Positions 36,201 to 47,600 of a stretch of 64,000 bases of DNA are shown here, in pieces (the stretch's first letter is position 1; each line of letters begins with the position of its first letter). The translations under genes were made by a program, and so were the position numbers. The notes beneath the pieces are model-generated. The model was not told where the DNA came from. It searched no databases and worked only from the letters and a program-made list of their open reading frames with translations. Origin of the DNA: Eledone cirrhosa. Its lineage: Eukaryota. Where the stretch lies: the NCBI GenBank assembly GCA_964016885.1, contig OZ024743.1, positions 134,106,001-134,170,000 on the forward strand, given 5' to 3'.

Positions 36201-39200
36201 TGCTTTTTACTTGGTGCTTGGTGCTTGGTGTTTGGTGCTGGGTGCTTGGTGCTTGGTGTTTGGTGTTATATGCTTGGTGTTTGATGCTTGGTGCTTGGTG
36301 CTTGGTGTTTGGTGTTTGGTGCTTGGTGTTTGATGCTTGGTGCTTGGTGCTTGGTATTTGGTGCTTGGTGCTTGGTGTTTGGTGCTTGGTGCTTCGTGTT
36401 TGGTGCTTGGTGTTTGGTGCTTGGTGCTTGGTGTTTGGTGGTTGGTGCTTGGTGCTTGGTGTTAGGTGTTTGGTGCTTGGTGCTTGGTGTCTGGTTTTTG
36501 GTGCTTGGTGCTTGGTGTTTGGTGCTTGTTGCTGGCTGCTTGGTGTTTGGTGCTTGGTGATTGGTGCTTGGTGTTTGGTGCTTGGTGTTTGGTGTTTGGT
36601 GCTTGGTGTTTGTACTTGGTGTTTGGTGCTTGGTGTTTGGTGCTAGGTGCTTGGTGTTTGGTGCTTGGTGCTTGGTGTTTGGTGCCTGGTGCTTGGTGTT
36701 TGGTGTTTGGTGTTTGGTGCTTGGTGCTTGGTGTTTGGTGTTTGCTGTTTGCTGTTTGGTGTTTGTTGTTTGGTGTTTGTTGTTTGGTGTTTGCTGTTTG
36801 GTGTTTGGTGTTTGCTTTTTGGTGTTTGGTGTTTGATGTATGTTGTTTGCTGTTTGGTGTTTGGTGTTTGGTGTTTGGTGCTTGGTGCTTGGTGTTTGGT
36901 GCTTGGTGCTTGGTGTTTGGTGCCTGGTGCTTGGTGCATGGTGCTTGGTGTTTGGTGTTTGGTGCTTGGTGCTTGGAGTTTGGTGTTTGGTGCTTGGTGC
37001 TTGGTGTTTCGTGTTTCGTGTTTGGTTTTTGGTGCTTGGTGCTTGGTGCTTGGTCCTTGGTGTTTGGTGCTGGGTGCATTGTGTTTGGTGCTTGGCGCTT
37101 GGTGCTTGGTGCTTGGTGTTTGGTGTTTGCTGCTTGGTGTTTGATGCTTGGTGCTTGGTGCTTGGTGTTTTGCGCTTGGTGCTTGGTGCTTGGTGTTTGG
37201 TGCTTGGTGCTTGGTGCTTGGTGTTTGTACTTGGTGCTTGGTGATTGGTGTTTGGTTCTTGGTTCTTGGTGTTTGGTGTTTGGCGTTTGGTGTTTGGTGC
37301 TTGGTGCTTGGTGTTTGGTGCTTGGTGCTTGGTGTTTGGTGCCTGGTGCTTGGTGCTTGGTGTTTGGTGTTTGGTGCTTGGTGCTTGGTGCTTGGAGTTT
37401 GGTGTTTGGTGCTTGGTGCTTTGTGTTTTGTGTTTGGTGTTTGGTTTTTGGTGCTTGGTGCTTGGTCCTTGGTGTTTGGTGCTGGGTGCTTTGTGTTTGG
37501 TGCTTGGTGCTTGGTGTTTGGTGTTTGCTGCTTGGTGTTTGATGCTTGGTGCTTGGTGCTTGGTGTTTTGTGTTTGGTGCTTGGTTCTTGGTGTTTGGTG
37601 CTTGGTGCTTGGTACTTGGTGTTTGTACTTGGTGCTTGGTGCTTGGTGTTTGGTTCTTGGTTCTTGGTGTTTGGTACTTGGTGCTTGGTGCTTGATGTTT
37701 GGTGTTTGGTGCTTGGTGTTTGGTGCTTGGTGCTTGGTGCTTGGTGTTAGGTGTTTGGTGCTTGGTCCTTGGTGTTTGGTGCTTGGTGTTTGGTGTTTGC
37801 TGTTTGGTGTTTGGTGTTTCGTGTTTGGTGTTTGCTGTTTGGTGTCTGCTTTTTGTTGTTTAGTGTTTGCTGTATGGTGTTTGGTGTTTGCTCTTTGGTG
37901 TTTGGTCTTTGGTGCTTGGTGTTTGGTGCTTGGTGCTTGGTGTTTGGTGTTTGGTGCTTGGTGCTTGGTGTTTGGTGTTTGGTGCTTGGTGTTTGGTGTT
38001 TGGTGCTTGGTGTCTGGTGCTTGGTGTTTGGTTTTTGGTGTTTGGTGTTTAGTGTTTGGTGCTTGGTGTTTGGTGTTTGGTATTTGGTGCTTGGTGCTTG
38101 GTGTTTGGTGTTTGGTGTTTGGTGCTTGGTGTCTGGTGCTTGGTGTTTGGTGTTTGGTGCTTGGTGTTTGGTGTTTGGTGTTTGGTGCTTGGTGTCTGGT
38201 GCTTGGTGTTTGGTGTTTGGTGCTTGGTGTTTGGTGTTTGGTGTTTGGTGCTTGGTGCTTGGTGCTTGGTGTTTGGTGTTTGGTGCTTGGTGCTTGGTGT
38301 TTGGTGCTTGGTGCTGGGTGGTTGGTGTTTGGTGCTTGGTGTTAGGTGCCGGGTGCTTGGTGTTTGGTGCTGGGTGCTTGGTATTTGGTGCTTGGTGCTT
38401 GGTCTTTGGTGCTTGGTGTTTGGTGCTTGGTGCTTGGTGTTTGGTGCTTGGTGCTTGGTGTTTGGTGCTTGGTGCTTGGTGTTTGGTTTTTGGTGCTTGG
38501 TGCTTGGTGTTTGGTGTTTGGTGCTTGCTGCTGGCTGCTTGGTGTTTGATGCATGGTGATTGGTGCTTGCTGTTTGGTGCTTGGTGTTTGGTGTTTGATG
38601 CTTGGTGCTTGGTGCTTGGTGTTTGGTGCTTGGTGCTTGGTGCTTGGTGTTTGGTGCTTGGTGTTTGGTGCTTGGTGTTTGGTGCTTGGTGCTTGGTGCT
38701 TGGTGCTTGGTGTTTGGTGGTTGGTGCTTGGTGCTTGGTGTTAGGTGTTTGGTGCTTGGTGCTTGCTGGTTGGTATTTGGTGCTTGGTGTTTGGTGCTGG
38801 GTGCTTGGTTTTTGGTGCTGGGTGCTTGGTGTTTGGTGCTTGGTGCTTGTTCTTTGGTGCTTTGTGTTTGGTGTTTTGTGCTTGGTGCTTGGTGTTTGGT
38901 GTTTGGTGCTTGGTGTTTGGTGCTTGGTGCTTGGTGTTTGGTTTTTGGTGCTTGGTGTTTGGTGTTTGGTGTTTGGTGCTTGCTGCTGGCTGCTTGGTGT
39001 TTGATGCATGGTGATTTGTGCTTGGTGTTTGGTGCTTGGTGTTTGGTGTTTGATGCTTGGTGCTTGGTGTTTGGTGTTTGATGCTTGGTGCTTGGTGCTT
39101 GGTGTTTGGTGCTTGGTGTTTGGTGTTTGGTGCTTGGTCATTGGTGTTTCTACTTGGTGCTTGGTGCTTGGTTCTTGGTGTTTGGTGCTTGGTGCTTGGT

Positions 39201-40984
39201 GTTTGGTGTTATATGCTTGGTGTTTGATGCTTGGTGCTTGGTGCTTGGTGCTTGGTGTTTGGTGCTTGGTGCTTGGTGTTTGTACTTGGTGCTTGGTGCT
39301 TGGTGCTTGGTGTTTGGTGCTTGGTATTTGGTGCTTGGTGCTTGGTGCTTGGTCCTTGGTGCTTGGTGTTTGGTGGTTGGTGTTTGGTGGTTGGTGTTAG
39401 GTGTTTGGTGCTTGGTGCTTGGTGTTTGGTGTTTGGTGCTTGGTGTTTGGTGTTTGGTGCTTGGTGTTTGGTGCTTGGTACTTGGTGCTTGGTGCTTGGT
39501 GTTAGGTGTTTGGTGCTTGGTGTTTGGTGCTTGGTGTTTGGTGCTTGGTGCTTGGTGCTTGGTGCTTGGTGCTTGGTGTTTGGTGGTTGGTGTTTGGTGC
39601 TTGGTGCTTGGTGATTGGTGTTTGGTGTTTGGTGCTTGGTGTTTGATGCTTGGTGTTTGGTGCTTGGTGTTTGGTGCTTGGTGCTTGGTGTTTGGTGCTT
39701 GGTGCTTGGTGTTTGGTGCTTGGTGTTTAGTGCTTGGTGTTTGGTGCTTGGTGCTTGGTGCTTGGTGCTTGGTGTTTGGTGTTTGGTGCTTGGTGTTTGG
39801 TACTTGGTACTTGGTGCTTGGTGCTTGGTGTTAGGTGTTTGGTGCTTGGTGCTTGGTGTCTGGTTTTTGGTGCTTGGTGCTTGGTGTTTGGTGCTTGCTG
39901 CTGGCTGCTTGGTGTTTGGTGCTTGGTGATTGGTGCTTGGTGTTTGGTGTTTGGTGCTAGGTGCTTGGTGTTTGGTGCTTGGTGCTTGGTGTTTGTACTT
40001 GGTGCTTGGTGCTTGGTTCTTGGTGTTTGGTGCTTCGTGCTTGGTGTTTGGTGCTTGGTGCTTGGTGTTTGGTGCTTGGTGTTTGGTGCTTGGTGTTTGG
40101 TGCTTGGTGCTTGGTGCTTGGTGTTTGGTACTTGGTGTTTGGTGCTTGGTGTTAGGTGTTTGGTGCTTGGTGCTTGGTGTTTGGTGTTTCGTGCTTGGTG
40201 TTTGGTGTTTGGTGTTATATGCTTGGTGTTTGATGCTTGGTGCTTGGTGCTTGGTGTTTGGCGCTTGGTGTTTGATGCTTGGTGCTTGGTGCTTGGTGTT
40301 TGGTGCTTGGTGCTTGGTGTTTGTACTTGGTGCTTGGTGCTTGGTTCTTGGTGTTTGGTGCTTGGTGTTTGGTGTTTGGTGCTTGGTGTTTGGTGTTTGG
40401 TGTTATATGCTTGGTGTTTGATGCTTGGTGCTTGGTGCTTGGTGTTTGGTGCTTGGTGTTTGATGCTTGGTGCTTGGTGCTTGGTGTTTGGTGCTTGGTG
40501 CTTGGTGTTTGTACTTGGTGCTTGGTGCTTGGTTCTTGGTGTTTGGTACTTGGTGCTTGGTGTTTGGTGCTTGGTGCTTGGTGTTTGGTGCTTGGTGCTT
40601 GGTGTTTGGTGTTTGGTGCTTGGTGTTTGGTGCTTGGTGTTTGGTGTTAGGTGTTTGGTGCTTGGTGTTTGGTGTTTGGTGCTTGGTGTTTGGTGCTTGG
40701 TGTTTGGTGCTTGATGTTTGGTGCTTGATACTTGGTGCTTGGTGCTTCGTGTTAGGTGTTTGGTGCTTGGTGCTTGGTGTTTGGTTTTTGGTGCTTGGTG
40801 CTTGGTGTTTGGTGTTTGGTGCTTGCTGCTGGCTGCTTGGTGTTTGATGCTTGGTGATTGGTGCTTGGTGTTTTGTGCTTGGTGTTAGGTGTTTGGTGCT
40901 TGGTGCTTGGTGTTTGGTTTTTCGTGCTTGGTGCTAGGTGCTTGGTGTTTGGTGCTTGGTGCTTGGTGCTTGGTGTTGGGTGTT

Positions 40985-43900
40985 TGGTTTTAGGTGCTTG
41001 GTGCTTGGTGTTTGGTGCTTGGTGCTGGGTGGTTGGTGTTTAGTGCTTGGTGTTTGGTGCTGGGTGCTTGGTGTTTGGTGCTTGGTGCTTGGTCTTTGGT
41101 GCTTGGTGTTTGGTGTTTGGTGCTTGGTGCTTGGTGCTTGGTGTTTGGTGCTTGGTGCTTGGTGTTTGGTGCTTGGTGCTTAGTGTTTGGTGCTTGGTGC
41201 TTAGTGTTTGGTGTTTGGTGCTTGGTGCTTGGTGTTTGGTGCTTAGTGTTTGGTGCTTGGTGCTTGGTGTTTGGTGTTTACTGTTTGCTGTTTGCTGTTT
41301 GTTGTTTGGTGTTTGTTGTTTGGTGTTTGCTGTTTGGTGTTTGGTGTTTGCTTTTTGGTGTTTGGTGTTTGCTGTATGTTGTTTGGTGTTTGGTGTTTGG
41401 TGTATGGTGTTTGGTGCTTGTTGCTTGGTGTTTGGTGCTTGGTGCTTGGTGTTTGGTGCCTGGTGCTTGGTGCTTGGTGCTTGGTGTTTGGTGTTTGGTG
41501 CTTGGTGCTTGGAGTTTGGTGTTTGGTGCTTGGTGCTTGGTGTTTCGTGTTTCGTGTTTGGTTTTTGGTGCTTGGTGCTTGGTGCTTGGTCCTTGGTTTT
41601 TGGTGCTGGGTGCATTGTGTTTGGTGCTTGGTGCTTGGTGCTTGGTGTTTGGTGTTTGCTGCTTGGTGTTTGATGCTTGGTGCTTGGTGGTTGGTGTTTT
41701 GTGTTTGGTGCTTGGTGCTTGGTGTTTGGTGCTTGGTGCTTGGTGCTTGGTGTTTGGTTCTTGGTTCTTGGTGTTTGGTGTTTGGCGTTTGGTGTTTGGT
41801 GGTTGTTGCTTGGTGTTTGGTGCTTGGTGCTTGGTGTTTGGTGCCTGGTGCTTGGTGCTTGGTGCTTGGTGTTTGGTGTTTGGTGCTTGGTGCTTGGTGC
41901 TTGGAGTTTGGTGTTTGGTGCTTGGTGCTTTGTGTTTGGTGCTTGGTGTTTGGTGTTAGGTGTTTGGTGCTTGGTGTTTGGTGTTTGGTTCTTGGTGTTT
42001 GGTGCTTGGTGTTTGGTGCTTGGTGTTTGGTGCTTGGTACTTGGTGCTTGGTGCTTCGTGTTAGGTGTTTGGTGCTTGGTGCTTGGTGTTTGGTGTTTGG
42101 TGCTTGGTGCTTGGTGTTTGGTGTTTGGTGCCTGCTGCTGGCTGCTTGGTGTTTGATGCTTGGTGATTGGTGCTTGGTGTTTTGTGCTTGGTGTTTGGTG
42201 TTTGGTGCTTGGTGCTTGGAGTTTTTGTGTTTGGTGCTTGGTGCTTGGTGTTTCGTGTTTAGTGTTTGGTTTTTGGTGCTTGGTGCTTGGTGCTTGGTCC
42301 TTGGTGTTTGGTGCTGGGTGCATTGTTTTTGGTGCTTGGTGCTTGGTGCTTGGTGTTTGGTGTTTGCTGCTTGGTGTTTGATGCTTGGTGCTTGGTGGTT
42401 GGTGTTTTGTGTTTGGTGCTTGGTGCTTGGTGTTTGGTGCTTGGTGCTTGGTGCTTGGTGTTTGTACTTGGTGCTTGGTGATTGGTGTTTGGTTCTTGGT
42501 TCTTGGTGTTTGGTGTTTGGCGTTTGGTGTTTGGTGCTTGGTGCTTGGTGTTTGGTGCTTGGTGCTTGGTGTTTGGTGCCTGGTGCTTGGTGCTTGGTGC
42601 TTGGTGTTTGGTGTTTGGTGCTTGGTGCTTGGTGCTTGGAGTTTGGTGTTTGGTGCTTGGTGCTTTGTGTTTTGTGTTTGGTGTTTGGTTTTTGGTGCTT
42701 GGTGCTTGGTCCTTGGTGTTTGGTGCTGGGTGCTTTGTGTTTTGTGCTTGGTGCTTGGTGTTTGGTGTTTTCTGCTTGGTGTTTGATGCTTGGTGCTTGG
42801 TGCTTGGTGTTTTGTTTTTGGTGCTTGGTTCTTGGTGTTTGTTGCTTGGTGCTTGGTACTTGGTGTTTGTACTTGGTGCTTGGTGCTTGGTGTTTGGTTC
42901 TTGGTTCTTGGTGTTTGGTACTTGGTGCTTGGTGCTTGATGTTTCGTGTTTGGTGCTTGGTGTTTGGTGCTTGGTACTTGGTGCTTGGTGCTTGGTGTTA
43001 GGTGTTTGGTGCTTGGTGCTTGGTGTTTGGTTTTTGGTGCTTGGTGCTTGGTGTTTGGTGTTTGGTCCTTGCTGCTGGCTGCTTGGTGTTTGATGCTTGG
43101 TGATTGGTGCTTGGTGTTTTGTGCTTGGTGTTTGGTGTTTGGTGCTAGGTGCTTGGTGTTTGGTGCTTGGTGCTTGGTGCTTGGTGTTTGGTGTTTGGTG
43201 TTAGATGCTTGATGCTTGGTGTTTGGTGCTTGGTGCTGGGTGGTTGGTGTTTAGTGCTTGGTGTTTGGTGCTGGGTGCTTGGTGTTTGGTGCTTGGTGCT
43301 TGGTCTTTGGTGCTTGGTGTTTGGTGTTTGGTGCTTGGTGCTTGGTGCTAGGTGTTTGGTGCTTGGTGCTTGGTGTTTGGTGCTTGGTGCTTAGTGTTTG
43401 GTGCTTGGTGCTTAGTGTTTGGTGCTAGGTGCTTCGTGTTTGGTGCTTGGTGCTTGGTGTGTGGTGCCTGGTGCTTGGTGTTTGGTGTTTGGTGTTTGGT
43501 GCTTGGTGCTTGGTGTTTGGTGTTTGCTGTTTGCTGTTTGGTGTTTGTTGTTTGGTGTTTGTTGTTTGGTGTTTGCTGTTTGGTGTTTGGTGTTTGCTTT
43601 TTGGTGTTTGGTGTTTGCTGTATGTTGTTTGCTGTTTGGTGTTTGGTGTTTGGTGCTTGGTGCTTGGTGCTTGGTGTTTGGTGTTTGGTTTTAGGTGCTT
43701 GGTGCTTGGTGTTTGGTGCTTGGTGCTTGGTGCTGGGTGGTTGGTGTTTAGTGCTTGGTGTTTGGTGCTGGGTGCTTGGTGTTTGGTGCTTGGTGCTTGG
43801 TCTTTGGTGCTTGGTGTTTGGTGTTTGGTGCTTGGTGCTTGGTGCTTGGTGTTTGGTGCTTGGTGCTTGGTGTTTGGTGCTTGGTGCTTAGTGTTTGGTG

Positions 43901-44680
43901 CTTGGTGCTTAGTGTTTGGTGTTTGGTGCTTGGTGCTTGGTGTTTGGTGCTTAGTGTTTGGTGCTTGGTGCTTGGTGTTTGGTGTTTGCTGTTTGCTGTT
44001 TGCTGTTTGTTGTTTGGTGTTTGTTGTTTGGTGTTTGCTGTTTGGTGTTTGGTGTTTGCTTTTTGGTGTTTGGTGTTTGCTGTATGTTGTTTGGTGTTTG
44101 GTGTTTGGTGTATGGTGTTTGGTGCTTGTTGCTTGGTGTTTGGTGCTTGGTGCTTGGTGTTTGGTGCCTGGTGCTTGGTGCTTGGTGCTTGGTGTTTGGT
44201 GTTTGGTGCTTGGTGCTTGGAGTTTGGTGTTTGGTGCTTGGTGCTTGGTGTTTCGTGTTTCGTGTTTGGTTTTTGGTGCTTGGTGCTTGGTGCTTGGTCC
44301 TTGGTGTTTGGTGCTGGGTGCATTGTGTTTGGTGCTTGGTGCTTGGTGCTTGGTGTTTGGTGTTTGCTGCTTGGTGTTTGATGCTTGGTGCTTGGTGGTT
44401 GGTGTTTTGTGTTTGGTGCTTGGTGCTTGGTGTTTGGTGCTTGGTGCTTGGTGCTTGGTGTTTGGTTCTTGGTTCTTGGTGTTTGGTGTTTGGCGTTTGG
44501 TGTTTGGTGGTTGGTGCTTGGTGTTTGGTGCTTGGTGCTTGGTGTTTGGTGCCTGGTGCTTGGTGCTTGGTGCTTGGTGTTTGGTGTTTGGTGCTTGGTG
44601 CTTGGTGCTTGGAGTTTGGTGTTTGGTGCTTGGTGCTTTGTGTTTGGTGCTTGGTGTTTGGTGTTAGGTGTTTGGTGCTT
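40985..44680. repeat. Duplication at 2708-bp offset; ~40985..41980 matches ~43690..44680
   Basis: ORF pairs 41047..41673 and 43755..44381, 41250/43958 and 41677/44385. 2708 = 387x7 - 1, explained by two hexamers (~42462, ~42867) and one 8-bp monomer (~42223). Confidence 0.88.
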
Positions 44681-44699
44681 GGTGTTTGGTGCTTGGTGT

Positions 44700-47600
44700 T
44701 TGGTGCTTGGTACTTGGTGCTTGGTGCTTCGTGTTAGGTGTTTGGTGCTTGGTGCTTGGTGTTTGGTTTTTGGTGCTTGGTGCTTGGTGTTTGGTGTTTG
44801 GTGCTTGCTGCTGGCTGCTTGGTGTTTGATGCTTGGTGATTGGTGCTTGGTGTTTTGTGCTTGGTGTTTGGTGTTTGGTGCTAGGTGCTTGGTGTTTGGT
44901 GCTTGGTGCTTGGTGCTTGGTGTTTGGTGTTTGGTTTTAGGTGCTTGGTGCTTGGTGTTTGGTGCTTGGTGCTGGGTGGTTGGTGTTTAGTGCTTGGTGT
45001 TTGGTGCTGGGTGCTTGGTGTTTGGTGCTTGGTGCTTGGTCTTTGGTGCTTGGTGTTTGGTGTTTGGTGCTTGGTGCTTGGTGCTTGGTGTTTGGTGCTT
45101 GGTGCTTGGTGTTTGGTGCTTGGTGCTTAGTGTTTGGTGCTTGGTGCTTAGTGTTTGGTGTTTGGTGCTTGGTGCTTGGTGTTTGGTGCTTACTGTTTGG
45201 TGCTTGGTGCTTGGTGTTTGGTGTTTGCTGTTTGCTGTTTAGTGTTTGTTGTTTGGTGTTTGTTGTTTGGTGTTTGCTGTTTGGTGTTTGGTGTTTGCTT
45301 TTTGGTGTTTGGTGTTTGCTGTATGTTGTTTGGTGTTTGGTGTTTGCTGTTTGGTGTTTGGTGCTTGTTGCTTGGTGTTTGGTGCTTGGTGCTTGGTGTT
45401 TGGTGCCTGGTGCTTGGTGCTTGGTGCTTTGTGTTTGGTGTTTGGTGCTTGGTGCTTGGAGTTTTTGTGTTTGGTGCTTGGTGCTTGGTGTTTCGTGTTT
45501 AGTGTTTGGTTTTTGGTGCTTGGTGCTTGGTGCTTGGTCTTGGTGTTTGGTGCTGGGTGCATTGTTTTTGGTGCTTGGTGCTTGGTGCTTGGTGTTTGGT
45601 GTTTGCTGCTTGGTGTTTGATGCTTGGTGCTTGGTGGTTGGTGTTTTGTGTTTGGTGCTTGGTGCTTGGTGTTTGGTGCTTGGTGCTTGGTGCTTGGTGT
45701 TTGTACTTGGTGCTTGGTGATTGGTGTTTGGTTCTTGGTTCTTGGTGTTTGGTGTTTGGCGTTTGGTGTTTGGTGCTTGGTGCTTGGTGTTTGGTGCTTG
45801 GTGCTTGGTGTTTGGTGCCTGGTGCTTGGTGCTTGGTGCTTGGTGTTTGGTGTTTGGTGCTTGGTGCTTGGTGCTTGGAGTTTGGTGTTTGGTGCTTGGT
45901 GCTTTGTGTTTTGTGTTTGGTGTTTGGTTTTTGGTGCTTGGTGCTTGGTCCTTGGTGTTTGGTGCTGGGTGCTTTGTGTTTTGTGCTTGGTGCTTGGTGT
46001 TTGGTGTTTTCTGCTTGGTGTTTGATGCTTGGTGCTTGGTGCTTGGTGTTTTGTTTTTGGTGCTTGGTTCTTGGTGTTTGGTGCTTGGTGCTTGGTACTT
46101 GGTGTTTGTACTTGGTGCTTGGTGCTTGGTGTTTGGTTCTTGGTTCTTGGTGTTTGGTACTTGGTGCTTGGTGCTTGGTGTTAGGTGTTTGGTGCTTGGT
46201 GCTTGGTGTTTGGTTTTTGGTGCTTGGTGCTTGGTGTTTGGTGTTTGGTCCTTGCTGCTGGCTGCTTGGTGTTTGATGCTTGGTGATTGGTGCTTGGTGT
46301 TTTGTGCTTGGTGTTTCGTGTTTGGTGCTAGGTGCTTGGTGTTTGGTGCTTGGTGCTTGGTGCTTGGTGTTTGGTGTTTGGTGTTAGATGCTTGATGCTT
46401 GGTGTTTGGTGCTTGGTGCTGGGTGGTTGGTGTTTAGTGCTTGGTGTTTGGTGCTGGGTGCTTGGTGTTTGGTGCTTGGTGCTTGGTCTTTGGTGCTTGG
46501 TGTTTGGTGTTTGGTGCTTGGTGCTTGGTGCTTGGTGTTTGGTGCTTGGTGCTTGGTGTTTGGTGCTTGGTGCTTAGTGTTTGGTGCTTGGTGCTTAGTG
46601 TTTGGTGCTAGGTGCTTCGTGTTTGGTGCTTGGTGCTTGGTGTGTGGTGCCTGGTGCTTGGTGTTTGGTGTTTGGTGTTTGGTGCTTGGTGCTTGGTGTT
46701 TGGTGTTTGCTGTTTGCTGTTTGGTGTTTGTTGTTTGGTGTTTGTTGTTTGGTGTTTGCTGTTTGGTGTTTGGTGTTTGCTTTTTGGTGTTTGGTGTTTC
46801 TTGTATGTTGTTTGCTGTTTGGTGTTTGGTGTTTGGTGTTTGGTGCTTGGTGCTTGCTGCTGGCTGCTTGGTGTTTGATGCATGGTGATTTGTGCTTGGT
46901 GTTTGGTGCTTGGTGTTTGGTGTTTGATGCTTGGTGCTTGGTGTTTGGTGTTTGATGCTTGGTGCTTGGTGCTTGGTGCTTGGTGCTTGGTGTTTGGTGC
47001 TTGGTGTTTGGTGTTTGGTGCTTGGTTATTGGTGTTTCTACTTGGTGCTTGGTGCTTGGTTCTTGGTATTTGGTGCTTGGTGCTTGGTGTTTGGTGTTAT
47101 ATGCTTGGTGTTTGATGCTTGGTGCTTGGTGCTTGGTGTTTGGTGTTTGGTGTTTGATGCTTGGTGCTTGGTGTTTGGTGCTTGGTGCTTGGTGTTTGTA
47201 CTTGGTGCTTGGTGCTTGGTGCTTGGTGTTTGGTGCTTGGTATTTGGTGCTTGGTGCTTGGTGCTTGGTCCTTGCTGCTTGGTGTTTGGTGGTTGGTGTT
47301 TGGTGGTTGGTGTTAGGTGTTTGGTGCTTGGTGCTTGGTGTTTGGTGTTTGGTGCTTGGTGTTTGGTGTTTGGTGCTTGGTGTTTGGTGCTTGGTACTTG
47401 GTGCTTGGTGCTTGGTGTTAGGTGTTTGTTGCTTGGTGTTTGGTGCTTGGTGTTTGGTGCTTGGTGCTTGGTGCTTGGTGTTTGGTGGTTGGTGTTTGGT
47501 GCTTGGGGTTTGGTGCTTGGTGTTACGTGTTTGGTGCTTGGTGCTTGGTGTTTGGTGTTTGGTGCTTGGTGTTTGGTGTTTGGTGCTTGGTGTTTGGTGC

